Assembly: GCF_021023085.1 (NCBI RefSeq)
Contig: NZ_PGCK01000001.1
Coordinates: 361,851-385,850 of the forward strand
DNA: 24,000 nucleotides
Direction of reading: 5' to 3'
DNA from: Methanooceanicella nereidis
GTDB taxonomy: Archaea > Halobacteriota > Methanocellia > Methanocellales > Methanocellaceae
In this document: in pieces, positions 23,816 to 24,000 of the stretch
Position numbering within the stretch: the stretch's first letter is position 1
Layout: each line of letters begins with the position of its first letter
The notes under the pieces: generated by a model
Databases searched by the model: none
Told to the model about the DNA's origin: nothing
The model's input: only the letters and a program-made list of their open reading frames with translations
Position numbers and translations under genes: made by a program

Positions 23816-24000
23816 ATGGCTCATTCGAGGGACTTCACCCATATAGAAGGCGATAAAATAAAAATGGTAGACGTCGGAGAAAAAGAAGACGTACTGAGAA
23901 TAGCACGTGCCAGCGGCACGATAAAATTATCATCGGAAACCATGGCTCTGATTAAGTCAGGTAGCGTAAAGAAAGGCAACGTTCTGGCAACTGCCAGGGT
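23816..24000 (+). CDS. moaC: Cyclic pyranopterin monophosphate synthase MoaC, N-terminal fragment (runs off the right edge)
   Basis: My translation from the ATG at 23816 gives [61 protein letters not shown]. This fits the MoaC N-terminal pattern (MVDVxxKxxxxRxAxAxGxI...KGxVLxTA). Confidence 0.75.
   Translation, partial: MAHSRDFTHIEGDKIKMVDVGEKEDVLRIARASGTIKLSSETMALIKSGSVKKGNVLATAR

Overview
This window reads as a euryarchaeal, methanogen-like chromosomal segment with about 26 protein genes and no rRNA, tRNA or CRISPR that I can support. All calls rest on motif reading, with no database search. Most genes are housekeeping: archaeal histone, ketopantoate reductase, HflX, ThiI, SRP54, TrmY, Pus10, L21e, RpoF, a DUF655-like protein, KsgA/RsmA, an Mtq2/HemK-like methyltransferase, Nnr and MoaC (partial). 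Six things stand out. (1) An hgcA-hgcB mercury-methylation gene pair (16726-18071, minus strand) has textbook motifs. It sits with a co-directional uncharacterised 164-aa ORF between trmY and pus10. (2) A 0.8-kb non-coding composite palindrome (9720-10546) is built from two opposed arrays of five 40-bp repeats around an AT-rich core. A one-unit miniature of the same repeat family lies at 756-870. (3) A Zn/Cd/Pb-type P1B ATPase has an operator-like dyad in its promoter. Upstream of it is a 47-aa FCS/TRASH-like Cys mini-ORF that the ORF track does not list. (4) There is a translationally coupled tandem GH57 pair in which the upstream copy has lost the catalytic nucleophile Glu. (5) Two secreted or anchored proteins carry Pro/Thr-rich linkers. 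(6) Two conserved genes (hgcA, hflX) show family homology running upstream of the first canonical start codon.
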